A DNA stretch of 64,000 bases, taken from the NCBI GenBank assembly GCA_964503125.1, contig CAZCZE010000021.1, forward strand, positions 13,207 to 77,206. The letters are read 5' to 3'. Positions 10,407 through 19,547 of the stretch are shown here, piece after piece (the stretch's first letter is position 1; each line of letters opens with the position of its first letter). The notes below the pieces were generated by a model, which did no database searches, was not told the origin of the DNA, and worked only from the letters and a program-made list of their open reading frames with translations. The position numbers and the translations under genes were made by a program. The DNA comes from an uncultured Gammaproteobacteria bacterium. GTDB lineage: Bacteria; Pseudomonadota; Gammaproteobacteria; Steroidobacterales; Rariloculaceae.

Positions 10407-11171
10407 GTGAACGTGAAAGCCACATTCGAATTGGCCGGAGAGCCACGCCCGCAGCTCGGCCGCACGGAGAGCCGTCGCCTGCGCAAAGCGGGCAAAGTAC
10501 CCGCCATCATGTACGGTGGCGGCGAGCCCCCGGAAGCCGTGGTGCTCGACCACAACACGCTGCGTCATCAGATGAGCCGCGAGGCGTTCTTCACGAGCAT
10601 CCTCACGCTCAAGGTAGGTGCGAAAGCACAGCAGGTGGTCGTCAAGGGCGTCGAACGCCACCCGGTCAAACCACAGATCATGCACCTCGACTTGCAGCGC
10701 GTGCGCGAGGACGTCGAGATCACGCTGTCGGTGCGCATCCACTTCACGGGCGAGGCCGAAGCCAAGGGCGTCAAGGACCAAGGCGGCGTCGTCGATCACT
10801 TGATGACCGACGTCGAGATCCGCTGCTTGCCGCGTCACTTGCCGGAGTACCTCACGCTCGACGTCACGAACCTCGAGCTCAACCAGATCTACCACTTGTC
10901 GGACATCAAGCTGCCCGAAGGCGTGACGCTCGTGGCGCTCGCGGGCGGCCACGATCACCCCGTCGTCGCGATCAACCCGCCGCGCGCCGAGGAAATCGAC
11001 ATCCCCGTCGAGGCCGAGACGCCCGCGGGCGAAGTGCCGGCCTTGGCCCAGGTCGAGCCGGCCGCCGAAGGCGAAGCCGGTGCCGAGGCGAAGCCCGACG
11101 CCAAAGGCGCGAAACCCGAAGCGAAGGGCGCAAAGCCCGAGGCCAAGGCCAAGCCCGAAGGCAAGAAGTAG
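10407..11171 (+). CDS. rplY: 50S ribosomal protein L25/general stress protein Ctc
   Basis: SRRLRKAGKVPAIMYG, RHPVKPQIMHLDL, GVKDQGG; position between prs and pth. Confidence 0.95.
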   Translation: MNVKATFELAGEPRPQLGRTESRRLRKAGKVPAIMYGGGEPPEAVVLDHNTLRHQMSREAFFTSILTLKVGAKAQQVVVKGVERHPVKPQIMHLDLQRVREDVEITLSVRIHFTGEAEAKGVKDQGGVVDHLMTDVEIRCLPRHLPEYLTLDVTNLELNQIYHLSDIKLPEGVTLVALAGGHDHPVVAINPPRAEEIDIPVEAETPAGEVPALAQVEPAAEGEAGAEAKPDAKGAKPEAKGAKPEAKAKPEGKK

Positions 11172-11194
11172 CACGCTCCCGTTTCACCGCCCCC

Positions 11195-11225
11195 GAAAGG
11201 CCGCCCACGAGGCGGCCTTTCTGTT
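11195..11225 (+). terminator. Probable intrinsic terminator or attenuator after rplY
   Basis: gaaaggccgcc-cacga-ggcggcctttc followed by tgtt (weak U-tract). Confidence 0.6.
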
Positions 11226-11275
11226 CGCGCCGGGCGACCCGCCGATGTCCTATGCAATGATGCAGCCCTGATTCG

Positions 11276-11899
11276 ATGACCACGCCAATGGGCACGCAGA
11301 TAGACTTGATCGTCGGCCTCGGCAACCCGGGGCCCGAGTACGCGACGACCCGCCACAACGCGGGCTTCTGGTTCGCCGATCTGCTCGCCCAAGAGCACGG
11401 CGGGACGTTCACGGCCGCGCGCAAGCTCCACGGCGACAGCGCCGAGATCAAGATCGCGGGCCACCGGATTCGATTGCTCAAGCCGATGACGTACATGAAC
11501 CTCAGTGGCCAGTCCGTGAGCGCGACGATCAACTACTACAAGATTCCCGCGGAGCACGTGCTCGTCGCCTACGACGATCTCGACTTGCCACCGGGCCGCG
11601 TCCAGCTCAGGTTCGACGGCGGCAGCGCGGGACACAACGGCATAGCCAACGTCATCGAGCACATCGGCCCCACGTTCTGGCGCCTGCGCTTCGGCGTCGG
11701 GCACCCGCGCGATGCGGAGCGGGCGGGCCGCAAGCAAGTCATCGACCACGTGCTCGAGCGCGCCCGCGGCGCGGAAGAGGAGACGCTGCGCGAGACGTTG
11801 CGCGAAGCGGCCGATATCCTGCCCGTGCTGCTCGACCAAGGCGCCGAGCGCGCGAAGAATCGTTTGCACACGCGCAAGCGGGCCTTGGGGGCCGACTGA
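11276..11899 (+). CDS. pth: Peptidyl-tRNA hydrolase
   Basis: GLGNPG, TRHNAGF, YMNLSG, AGHNG. Confidence 0.96.
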   Translation: MTTPMGTQIDLIVGLGNPGPEYATTRHNAGFWFADLLAQEHGGTFTAARKLHGDSAEIKIAGHRIRLLKPMTYMNLSGQSVSATINYYKIPAEHVLVAYDDLDLPPGRVQLRFDGGSAGHNGIANVIEHIGPTFWRLRFGVGHPRDAERAGRKQVIDHVLERARGAEEETLRETLREAADILPVLLDQGAERAKNRLHTRKRALGAD

Positions 11900-11902
11900 C
11901 CC

Positions 11903-12994
11903 ATGGGAATCAAATGCGGCATCGTCGGCCTACCGAACGTCGGTAAGTCGACGCTGTTCAACGCGCTCACGGCCGCGGAGATCCCGGCCGAGAACTACCC
12001 GTTCTGCACGATCGACCCCAACGTCGGCGTCGTGACGGTGCCGGACGCGCGTCTCGATGCGCTCGCCGAGATCGTCAAACCGGAGAAAATCGTCCCGACG
12101 ATCGTCGAGTTCGTCGACATCGCGGGGCTCGTCGAAGGCGCGAGCCAGGGCCAGGGGCTCGGCAATCAGTTCCTCGCCCACATCCGCGAGACGCATGCGA
12201 TCGCCCATCTCGTGCGCTGCTTCGAGAACGACGACATCGTCCATGTCGCGGGCCGCATCGACCCGCTCCACGACATCGAGGTCATCGACACGGAGCTCAT
12301 GCTCGCCGACCTCGAGACCGTGCAGAAGGTCCATCAGCGCGCCGAGCGCGCGGCGAAGACCAACGAGAAAACCGCGGTCGCGCGGCGCGACGCGCTGCAC
12401 AAACTGGTGACGGCGCTTGGGGAAGGCAAGCCGGCCCGCAGCGTCACGTTCGCCGCAGGCGAGGACGAGGTCCTGAACGAGCTGCACCTCATCACGGCGA
12501 AGCCCGTCATGTACGTCGCCAACGTCGCCGAGAGCTCGCCCGCCGACAACCCGCACGTGGCCGCCGTGTGCAAGCTCGCGGCCGCGCAAGGCGCCGAGGT
12601 CGTCATGATTTCTGCCGCCATCGAGGCCGAGATCGCGCGCTTGCCGGAAGCCGAGCGCGCCGAGTTCCTCCGCAGTCTCGGGCTCGAAGAGCCGGGCTTG
12701 AACCGCGTGATTCGCTCGGCCTACAAGCTGCTGGGGCTCAAGACGTTCTACACGGCCGGCCCGAAAGAGGTGCGCGCGTGGACCGTGAAACGCGACGCGA
12801 CGGCGCCGCAGGCCGCTGGCGCGATCCACACGGATTTCGAGCGCGGCTTCATCCGCGCCGAGGTCATCGGCTACGAGCAGTACGTCGCGCGGCGCGGCGA
12901 GCAGGGCGCGCGCGAAGCGGGCGAGCTGCGTCTCGAAGGCAAAACCTACGTCGTGCAGGAAGGCGACGTGGTCCACTTCCGGTTCAACGTTTGA
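11903..12994 (+). CDS. ychF: Redox-regulated ATPase YchF
   Basis: GLPNVGKSTLFN, NYPFCTIDPN, DIAGLV, IHTDFERGFIRAE. Confidence 0.97.
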   Translation: MGIKCGIVGLPNVGKSTLFNALTAAEIPAENYPFCTIDPNVGVVTVPDARLDALAEIVKPEKIVPTIVEFVDIAGLVEGASQGQGLGNQFLAHIRETHAIAHLVRCFENDDIVHVAGRIDPLHDIEVIDTELMLADLETVQKVHQRAERAAKTNEKTAVARRDALHKLVTALGEGKPARSVTFAAGEDEVLNELHLITAKPVMYVANVAESSPADNPHVAAVCKLAAAQGAEVVMISAAIEAEIARLPEAERAEFLRSLGLEEPGLNRVIRSAYKLLGLKTFYTAGPKEVRAWTVKRDATAPQAAGAIHTDFERGFIRAEVIGYEQYVARRGEQGAREAGELRLEGKTYVVQEGDVVHFRFNV

Positions 12995-13019
12995 CTAGCG
13001 CACCGCGGAGGATGCCGTC

Positions 13020-14282
13020 GTGCACGTGATCGTACTGGGCGCGGGGTTGTTGGGGGTCACGTCGGCGTATTTCCTGCGCCAACTTGGGGCAGACGTGACG
13101 GTCGTCGACCGGCAGGCCACGCCGGCCGCCGAGACGAGCTTCGCGAACGGCGGGCAGATCTCGGTGAGCCACGCCGAGCCGTGGGCGAATCCGAGCGCGC
13201 CGCTCAAAGTGCTCAAGTGGCTCGCGAAAGAAGACGCCCCACTGCTCTTTCGGCTGCGCGCCGATCTTCACCAGTGGCTCTGGACGCTCGAGTTCCTGCG
13301 CGAATGCACGCCCGCGCGCACGCGGCGCAACATCGAGCGCACCGTGCGCCTCGGCACCTACAGCCGCGAGATGCTCCAGCAATTGCGCCGCGACATCGGC
13401 ATCGACTACGACCAGCGCACGCAGGGCATTCTGCATTTCTACACGAGCCAAAAAGAGCTCGAAGCCGCAGAGGCGCCGGCCGCCCAAATGCGCGCGCTCG
13501 GTTGCGACCGCGTGGTCATCACGGCCGACGAGGCCGTGCGCATCGAGCCCGCGCTGCGCCACATTCGCGTGAAGCTTGCGGGAGCGACCTACACGTCGCA
13601 GGACGAGTCGGGCGACGCCAACCGCTTCGCGCGCGAGCTCGTCGAGCACTGCCAAGCCGACGGCGTGCGGTTCCTCATGAGCCACACGGTCACGGCATTG
13701 CGCGCGGCCGCGGGACGTCTCGAGCACGTCGAAGCAACGGACAGCGAAGGCCGGTTCCAATTCCTGCGCGCCGACGCCTACGTGGTGGCCCTCGGCAGCT
13801 GGAGCCCGATCTACGTGCGGCCTCTCGGGATACGGCTGCCGATCTACCCCGCCAAGGGCTACTCGGTGACGATGCCCGTGCGCGATCGCACGCGAGCGCC
13901 GGAAGTATCGCTGACCGACGACGAGTACAAGCTCGTGTTCTCGCGGCTCGGCGAGCACCTGCGGATCGCGGGTACGGCCGAGCTCAACGGCTACGACCGC
14001 GACTTGAACCGCGTGCGCTGCGAGGCGATCGTGCGCCGCACCGAGGACCTGTTCCCGGGCGCCGGCGACGCGGAGCGCGCGCAGTTCTGGACGGGCCTGC
14101 GGCCCGCAACGCCGTCGAACGTACCGCTCATCGGCCGCTCGAAGCTGCCGAACCTATATCTCAACACGGGCCACGGCACGCTCGGCTGGACCCACGCGTG
14201 CGGCTCGGGCAAGAGCATCGCCCGCATCATCAGCGGTCTGAAACCCGAGGTGGAGTTCCCTTTTCTCGGCATGCCGACGTGA
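13020..14282 (+). CDS. dadA: D-amino acid dehydrogenase
   Basis: GAGLLG, ETSFANGGQIS, YPAKGYS, WTGLRPATP, NTGHGTLGWT. Confidence 0.92.
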   Translation: MHVIVLGAGLLGVTSAYFLRQLGADVTVVDRQATPAAETSFANGGQISVSHAEPWANPSAPLKVLKWLAKEDAPLLFRLRADLHQWLWTLEFLRECTPARTRRNIERTVRLGTYSREMLQQLRRDIGIDYDQRTQGILHFYTSQKELEAAEAPAAQMRALGCDRVVITADEAVRIEPALRHIRVKLAGATYTSQDESGDANRFARELVEHCQADGVRFLMSHTVTALRAAAGRLEHVEATDSEGRFQFLRADAYVVALGSWSPIYVRPLGIRLPIYPAKGYSVTMPVRDRTRAPEVSLTDDEYKLVFSRLGEHLRIAGTAELNGYDRDLNRVRCEAIVRRTEDLFPGAGDAERAQFWTGLRPATPSNVPLIGRSKLPNLYLNTGHGTLGWTHACGSGKSIARIISGLKPEVEFPFLGMPT

Positions 14283-15067
14283 CCGACCTGTTGCTGCCGC
14301 TCCTGGCCGGTGTCCCGATGGGACTCGCCATCGGCTTGATCGGCGGCGGCGGCTCGATTCTCGCCGTGCCGTTGCTCGTCTACGTCGTGGGCGCGGCATC
14401 GCCGCACGTCGCTGTCGGCACGGCGGCCGTCGCCGTCACGCTCAATGCCGCCTGGGGCCTCGTGTCGCACGCACGCGCCGCCAACGTCAAATGGCCGTGC
14501 GCAGCCGTGTTCGCGGCCACCGGCGTCATCGGCGCGGCGCTGGGCGCCGAGGCAGGCAAGGCGCTCGAAGGCGAGCGCTTGCTCGCGGCGTTCGGCGTGC
14601 TCCTGATCGTGGTAGGGGCGTTGCTGTTTCGGCCGCGCCGCACGCCGGCGCAGCCTGACGTTCGGCTCTCGCGCGACACCGCGGCGCACCTGTTGCCTCG
14701 CCTGCTGCCCATCGGGCTTGGCGTGGGGCTACTTGCCGGCTTCTTCGGGATCGGCGGCGGCTTTCTCATCGTGCCGGGGCTGGTGCTGGCGACCGCGATG
14801 CCGATGAGCACGGCGATCGGCACCTCACTCGTCATCGTCACCGCTCTCGGCGCGACGACGGCCGCCTCGTACGCGTGGTCGGGGCTCGTCGACTGGCGGC
14901 TTACGGCGCTGCTCGTCCTCGGCGGAGCGGTCGGCTCGACCATCGGCATGCGGTTGGGCCGGCGACTCGCAAGCCGCAAACGCGCGCTCGACGTCGCCTT
15001 CGCCGGCATCGTGATCGCCGTCGGCGTTCTCGTGATCCTCGAATCCGCGCAGACGATCGGCGAGTGA
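14279..15067 (+). CDS. Sulfite exporter TauE/SafE-family membrane protein
   Basis: GLIGGGGSILAVP and GFFGIGGGFLIVP repeats, about 8 TM segments; GTGA overlap with dadA. Confidence 0.9.
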   Translation: MTDLLLPLLAGVPMGLAIGLIGGGGSILAVPLLVYVVGAASPHVAVGTAAVAVTLNAAWGLVSHARAANVKWPCAAVFAATGVIGAALGAEAGKALEGERLLAAFGVLLIVVGALLFRPRRTPAQPDVRLSRDTAAHLLPRLLPIGLGVGLLAGFFGIGGGFLIVPGLVLATAMPMSTAIGTSLVIVTALGATTAASYAWSGLVDWRLTALLVLGGAVGSTIGMRLGRRLASRKRALDVAFAGIVIAVGVLVILESAQTIGE

Positions 15068-15079
15068 GCTCCGCCTACC

Positions 15080-15784
15080 CTACTGCACGACCGTCGCGGT
15101 CACGATCATCGTCGGCTTGACGGCCAGCGAGTCGAGGTAGGCGCCGCCGTCGGCCCATAGCCGGCCCTGGTCGAGCCCGCCGTTCGGATCGCCGACCTGC
15201 ACGAAACGGTCGACGACGTCCATGCCGCTCACGACCTTGCCGAACGCCGTGAAGTTGTACTCCGGATCGGCGAGCCGGTTGTTCTCGCGATAGTTGATGA
15301 ACACCTGGGTCGAGTTGGTGTCGACGCCGGCCTTGGCGAACGCGAGCGTGCCGCGCTCGAGCGCGAACAGCGTCGGGTCGTCGCGAAACATGCGGTTCTC
15401 CCACGCGCGATGCGGCGCGCGCCAGTTGATGCCGAACTGGGCGACGAATCCGGCGACGACGCGCGACACGGGCGTGTCGTCGAAGAACCCGCTGCGCGCG
15501 AGCTCGATGAACCGCTGCGCGGCGTTCGGCGCGGCCTGTGGATAGACCTCGATCACCACGTCTCCGGCCGTCGTCGCGAGCCGCACGGTCGTCACTTCCG
15601 TGATCGCAGGCACCGTGCCCTCCTTGCCCGGCAGCGGCACGAGCTTCACGGCCGGCGCGGGGGCCGACGCCGCGTTGGACTCGGGCGCGGCGGTCGCCTC
15701 TTGGCTGTCGGTGCTCGGTTGGCAGGCGGACAGCAGCACGCCTGTCAGCACTGCTGCGAGCCGTAGCCGCGAAGAATGGTTCAT
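15080..15784 (-). CDS. Cyclophilin-type peptidyl-prolyl isomerase (lipoprotein)
   Basis: Lipobox LLSAC, GFVAQFG, RGTLAFAKAG, STQVFIN, FTAFGKVVSGMDVV; GGAGG before ATG 15784. Confidence 0.9.
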   Translation of the reverse strand: MNHSSRLRLAAVLTGVLLSACQPSTDSQEATAAPESNAASAPAPAVKLVPLPGKEGTVPAITEVTTVRLATTAGDVVIEVYPQAAPNAAQRFIELARSGFFDDTPVSRVVAGFVAQFGINWRAPHRAWENRMFRDDPTLFALERGTLAFAKAGVDTNSTQVFINYRENNRLADPEYNFTAFGKVVSGMDVVDRFVQVGDPNGGLDQGRLWADGGAYLDSLAVKPTMIVTATVVQ

Positions 15785-15888
15785 GCCGAAATCCTCCAAT
15801 AGGGTCGCGTCGCCGCAAACTGCCAAACCGGCCGCGAAAAAGCAATGCTAAAGTCTCGCCGTCGCGAGCGCGTCCAAAGGGGGGGCTC

Positions 15889-17190
15889 ATGCAGTCGGCG
15901 TCGTCCATCTCACGCGCGGATTGGCGCGTGATCCTGCTCGCGAGCTTAGGCGGCGCGCTCGAGTTCTACGACTTCGTCGTCTACAGCCAGTTCGCGCGGT
16001 ACATCGGCAGCAACTTCTTTCCGAACGACGACCCCATGGTGTCGCTCGTCGTGTCGTTCGGCGTGTTCGCCGTCGGCTATTTCGCGCGGCCGCTCGGCGG
16101 CCTCTTCTTCAGCCACATCGGCGATCGCATCGGCCGGCGCCGCGTGCTGATCATCACGATTCTCGCCATGTCCGCGGCCACGGCCGGCATCGGCCTGCTG
16201 CCGACCTACGCGCAGTGGGGCATCGCGGCCTCGGTGCTGCTCGTCGCGCTGCGTATCGTGCAGGGTTTCTGCCTCGGCGGCGAGCTGCCGGGCGCCATCT
16301 CGTACGTCGTCGAGACCGCGCCGCGGCGCTCGGGCTTCTCCGTCGGCGTCGTATTCTTCTGCGTGAACACGGGCGTCCTGCTCGCCGCACTACTCAATGT
16401 CGTCGTGCACGAGACGCTGACCGTCGAGCAGATCGGCGACTGGGGCTGGCGCATCGGCTTTCTCGTGGGCGGCGGTTTGGGCCTCATCAGCTTCTTCTTG
16501 CGGCTCTCGCTCGAGGAGAGCAAAGAGTTCGCGCGCATTCGCAAGGTCGCGGGCGCGTCGGCCGTGCCGATCGCAGAGCTCCTGCGTACGCATTCGCGCG
16601 CCGTGCTCGTCGGTGTCGGGATTCTCGCCGTGACGGCGGGCTTCAACGGCCTGCTGTTCGCGATGCCGGCGTTCCTGCCGCAGACGATGGGCTACGAGGC
16701 GGCGCACGCGAGCGCGGCGCAGACCGTCGCGCTGGCGATCATGTCCGCAGGCCTATTGTTCGTGGCCTGGCTCAGCGATCGCGTGTCGCGCGCGCGGTTG
16801 ACCCTCGTCGGCACGGCGCTGCTCGTGCTGCTCGCGTGGCCGTTCTTCGCGGCCGCAGAGAGCCGCAGCGTCGACTTGCTGTTGCTGTTCGCGCTGGCCG
16901 GCGCCGTCGGCTCGATTTGCGCCGGCACCGTGATCGCGATCTCCGCCGATCTCTTCCCCACGCGCATTCGCTTCTCGGGCGTGGCGCTGTCCTACAACCT
17001 CGCCTTTACGCTGTTCAGCGGGCTCGCACCCGTGATCGCCGCGCTGCTGGCGCGCAACACGGGAGTCGCAGCGACAGCCGCGTACTACATGATCGGCTGC
17101 GCCGCGCTATCGTTCGGCGCGGCGCTCGTCATGCACCGGTACGACGGTCGGATCCTCGCAGACGCCGCCGCGCACGATCGGCCCGGCTGA
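15889..17190 (+). CDS. MFS transporter (metabolite:H+ symporter type)
   Basis: LEFYDF, RPLGG, GDRIGRR, GGELPG, 12 TM pattern. Confidence 0.92.
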   Translation: MQSASSISRADWRVILLASLGGALEFYDFVVYSQFARYIGSNFFPNDDPMVSLVVSFGVFAVGYFARPLGGLFFSHIGDRIGRRRVLIITILAMSAATAGIGLLPTYAQWGIAASVLLVALRIVQGFCLGGELPGAISYVVETAPRRSGFSVGVVFFCVNTGVLLAALLNVVVHETLTVEQIGDWGWRIGFLVGGGLGLISFFLRLSLEESKEFARIRKVAGASAVPIAELLRTHSRAVLVGVGILAVTAGFNGLLFAMPAFLPQTMGYEAAHASAAQTVALAIMSAGLLFVAWLSDRVSRARLTLVGTALLVLLAWPFFAAAESRSVDLLLLFALAGAVGSICAGTVIAISADLFPTRIRFSGVALSYNLAFTLFSGLAPVIAALLARNTGVAATAAYYMIGCAALSFGAALVMHRYDGRILADAAAHDRPG

Positions 17191-17203
17191 GGCGCCGTCA
17201 CGG

Positions 17204-18220
17204 TCATTGGCGGCATTCGTAGGGATGTAGCTCTTCGCCCGGCCGCCACTCCCAAGCCTTGCGCAAGGTGACGGGGCGCGAGAAGGTCGAGGGATCCGTC
17301 ACGATCATCGTGTATTCGAGGCGGCTGCCGTCGGCGTTCAGCGCGAAGCGCTCCTCGAGCGCCGCGTCGGGACCGAGCGGAATGCCCGTGCCGTTGAGCC
17401 AGCCGTAACCGAGGTTCGTCGTCGACACGACGAGCGTCTGACCTTCCCACCGCCCGTGCGACACGCCGAGCAACGTGCGTGCGCCGGTGCCGGCCGGCGC
17501 CTCTCGCGCCATCGCGATGCGGCGCACCGTGTCGTACTCCTCCATCTTGAGGAGGATGTCGTCGCCGTCCCTGGCGAGCTCCATAGGATACGGCTGCTCC
17601 ATGATGTACGGCATACCCTTCGGTGCGCAGTTCGCCGTGGGGTCGTCGCGCAGCGGGTCGAACTCGGCGCGCACGGCCACGGCCGCTTCCGTGAGCGGTA
17701 GCTCGCCGCCCCAAAACGCCGGCGGGCTCGTGGCGTTCGTCCAAACGCGAAAGAGCCCGAGGCCTTGCGAATCGGCGGCCACGGCGCTGCGGATGTCGCG
17801 GCCGATCGTTTGCTGCGACCAACGCGGCCTGACCGCCGCGCCGAACAGGATCTCGTTGCCGTTCGGCAGCAGCATGTTCGTCAGCCACATGACGTTGTTC
17901 GCCTGCCGCCCGCCGTTGCCGGCGATGCGCACGCGGTTGCCGATGCTCACGAGCTCGGCCGTGAGGCCGAAGCGGCTCACGATGCTCACCGAGTTCGTCT
18001 CGATCTCCCAGAGCCGCTCGACGCCGTCGGCGCCCGCGCCGCGCATCTTAAAGCGGACGTGCGGGTTGACCCACGCCACTTCGGTAATCACGCCTTCGGC
18101 CTCGATGAGCGGGCCGGCGCGGTCGTAGACGGCTGCCGTCGAATGGTGGGCCGAAGCGGCTGCCGCGGCGACGAAACTCGCGGCGACGATGCTCACCCGA
18201 GCGGTAAACACGACTGTCAT
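17204..18220 (-). CDS. Secreted fusion: DUF6152-like N-domain plus uncharacterised beta-rich C-domain
   Basis: Signal peptide then HHS...WVNPH...WEIE...GNRVRIAG; C-domain DPTANC..GMP...PYP...SHGRWEGQTLV...YEC. ATGA overlap with the upstream SBP gene. Confidence 0.8.
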   Translation of the reverse strand: MTVVFTARVSIVAASFVAAAAASAHHSTAAVYDRAGPLIEAEGVITEVAWVNPHVRFKMRGAGADGVERLWEIETNSVSIVSRFGLTAELVSIGNRVRIAGNGGRQANNVMWLTNMLLPNGNEILFGAAVRPRWSQQTIGRDIRSAVAADSQGLGLFRVWTNATSPPAFWGGELPLTEAAVAVRAEFDPLRDDPTANCAPKGMPYIMEQPYPMELARDGDDILLKMEEYDTVRRIAMAREAPAGTGARTLLGVSHGRWEGQTLVVSTTNLGYGWLNGTGIPLGPDAALEERFALNADGSRLEYTMIVTDPSTFSRPVTLRKAWEWRPGEELHPYECRQ

Positions 18221-18993
18221 CGTTCGACTCCTTTGGCCGCGAACGTCGCGACCGCGGCCGGCGCCGCGACGCAGTCGACGAGCGCGCGGGCCGCGTCTTG
18301 GCTCGTCGCGTGCGCACCGAGTGCCGCCGCGAACGACACATAGCTCTGAAACTCCGCGGGCAGCGGCCCGACGAGCTCTAGGCCTTCGACGGGCAGAACC
18401 TCGCTCACGAGCGTGAACAGAAGCTCGGCCTCGCCCGCGACTACTTTGGCCGCCGCGCGCACCGAGCCCTGCTCGAGCAGCGCCTTGGCCTTCATCTCTG
18501 CCGAAATCCCTAGGTGCTCGAACATGCGCTCGATGTATATGCGGCTCGCACCGTCCTGCGCGTAGGTCACGGACTTCGCAGCCAGCAGCGTTTGCTTGAT
18601 GCCGGTGGGCGTCGCGATGTCGGGATGGCGCGCGCCCGCGCGAACACCGACGCCGATGCCGGAGCGACCGAGCGGCGCAAGCGAGTCCTTCGTGAGATGG
18701 CCCGCCCCTGCGAGCTCGGCGGCGACCTCCGTCGTCGCGAACACCACGTCGACGCCCTCGCCCGCCGCCACACGTTGGCGAATCGACGCCGACGTGCCGT
18801 AGTCGATGGTCACGCTGCGCCCGAGCGTGCGCTCGCACTGCGGCACGAGCTCGTCGAGCGCGGCGCGCACGCCGTTCGAGGACAGCACTCGGACGTCCGC
18901 GCTCTGCGCCGCGGCCTGGGACGTGCTCGCGCCGGCGAGCGCCACTAGCGCGGCCGCCAGGGCCGCACGCGGCGCTGCCGCCGCCGCGCTCAT
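18217..18993 (-). CDS. ModA-like (SBP_bac_11-type) substrate-binding protein
   Basis: Signal peptide; LSSNG, GTSASI, GEGVDVV, RSGIGVGV, GASRIY, SEVLPVEG. Confidence 0.85.
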   Translation of the reverse strand: MSAAAAAPRAALAAALVALAGASTSQAAAQSADVRVLSSNGVRAALDELVPQCERTLGRSVTIDYGTSASIRQRVAAGEGVDVVFATTEVAAELAGAGHLTKDSLAPLGRSGIGVGVRAGARHPDIATPTGIKQTLLAAKSVTYAQDGASRIYIERMFEHLGISAEMKAKALLEQGSVRAAAKVVAGEAELLFTLVSEVLPVEGLELVGPLPAEFQSYVSFAAALGAHATSQDAARALVDCVAAPAAVATFAAKGVER

Positions 18994-19448
18994 CGCGTTT
19001 CGGCCGCGGTGCTCGTGGCGGGGCCCATGCCCCAGACTTGGATCAACGCCGGCTCCTCTTTCGCGCCGTCGTAATGCACCTGCCCGGCCTTGTGGTAGAC
19101 GTAGGTGCCGGCCTTCACGGGCACGGTGCTGTCGGGATCGAACGTGTTGCCCGTGCCGAGCCACCACGTGCCCTCGAGCACGACGAAGAACCGGTCGTTC
19201 GGGTGGAAATGCGGCCGGCTCATGTTGCCGGGCAGCCACCGCAGCTGAATGACGTACGGGCCGGGCTGCGACGGGTCGCCAAACAGCACGGCTTGCTCGT
19301 TGGTGCCGGCGGCGTTCCTCACGAATTTGATGTCCTCGGGAGCCACGAAGTCGACGGCGTTGCGGTCGATGTCCGCCGCCCCCGAGCCCGTGAGCACGAC
19401 GGTCAGGATTCCAAGGGCGGCGGTGCAGAGGCGAATGGGGCCTTTCAT
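18990..19448 (-). CDS. Secreted cupin-domain protein
   Basis: GDPSQPGPYV, SRPHFHPNDR, H(K)AGQVHYDGAKEE cupin His motifs. Confidence 0.88.
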   Translation of the reverse strand: MKGPIRLCTAALGILTVVLTGSGAADIDRNAVDFVAPEDIKFVRNAAGTNEQAVLFGDPSQPGPYVIQLRWLPGNMSRPHFHPNDRFFVVLEGTWWLGTGNTFDPDSTVPVKAGTYVYHKAGQVHYDGAKEEPALIQVWGMGPATSTAAETR

Positions 19449-19462
19449 GGTGCGTCCTTCTT

Positions 19463-19538
19463 GGTGCCGGTGTTACGGTTTCGGTTAGACCGAAAGGTGC
19501 CGGTGTTACGGTCTAACCGAAACCGTAACACCGGCACC
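19463..19538. repeat. Perfect 30-bp inverted repeat with an internal third copy of a 17-mer (REP-like)
   Basis: Arms 19463-19492 and 19509-19538 are exact reverse complements; ggtgccggtgttacggt occurs at 19463 and 19496, and inverted at 19522-19538. Confidence 0.9.
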
Positions 19539-19547
19539 TCCTCGCCG

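Noticed and set aside
13181-14278. Long N-terminal extension of the TauE ORF (628 aa in the track)
   Set aside because: It overlaps dadA out of frame and is low-complexity; the real start is the GTG at 14279 overlapping the dadA stop.
19463-19538. Possible mini-CRISPR (repeated 17-mer)
   Set aside because: Only two direct copies plus one inverted, with no unique spacers of regular length and no cas genes.
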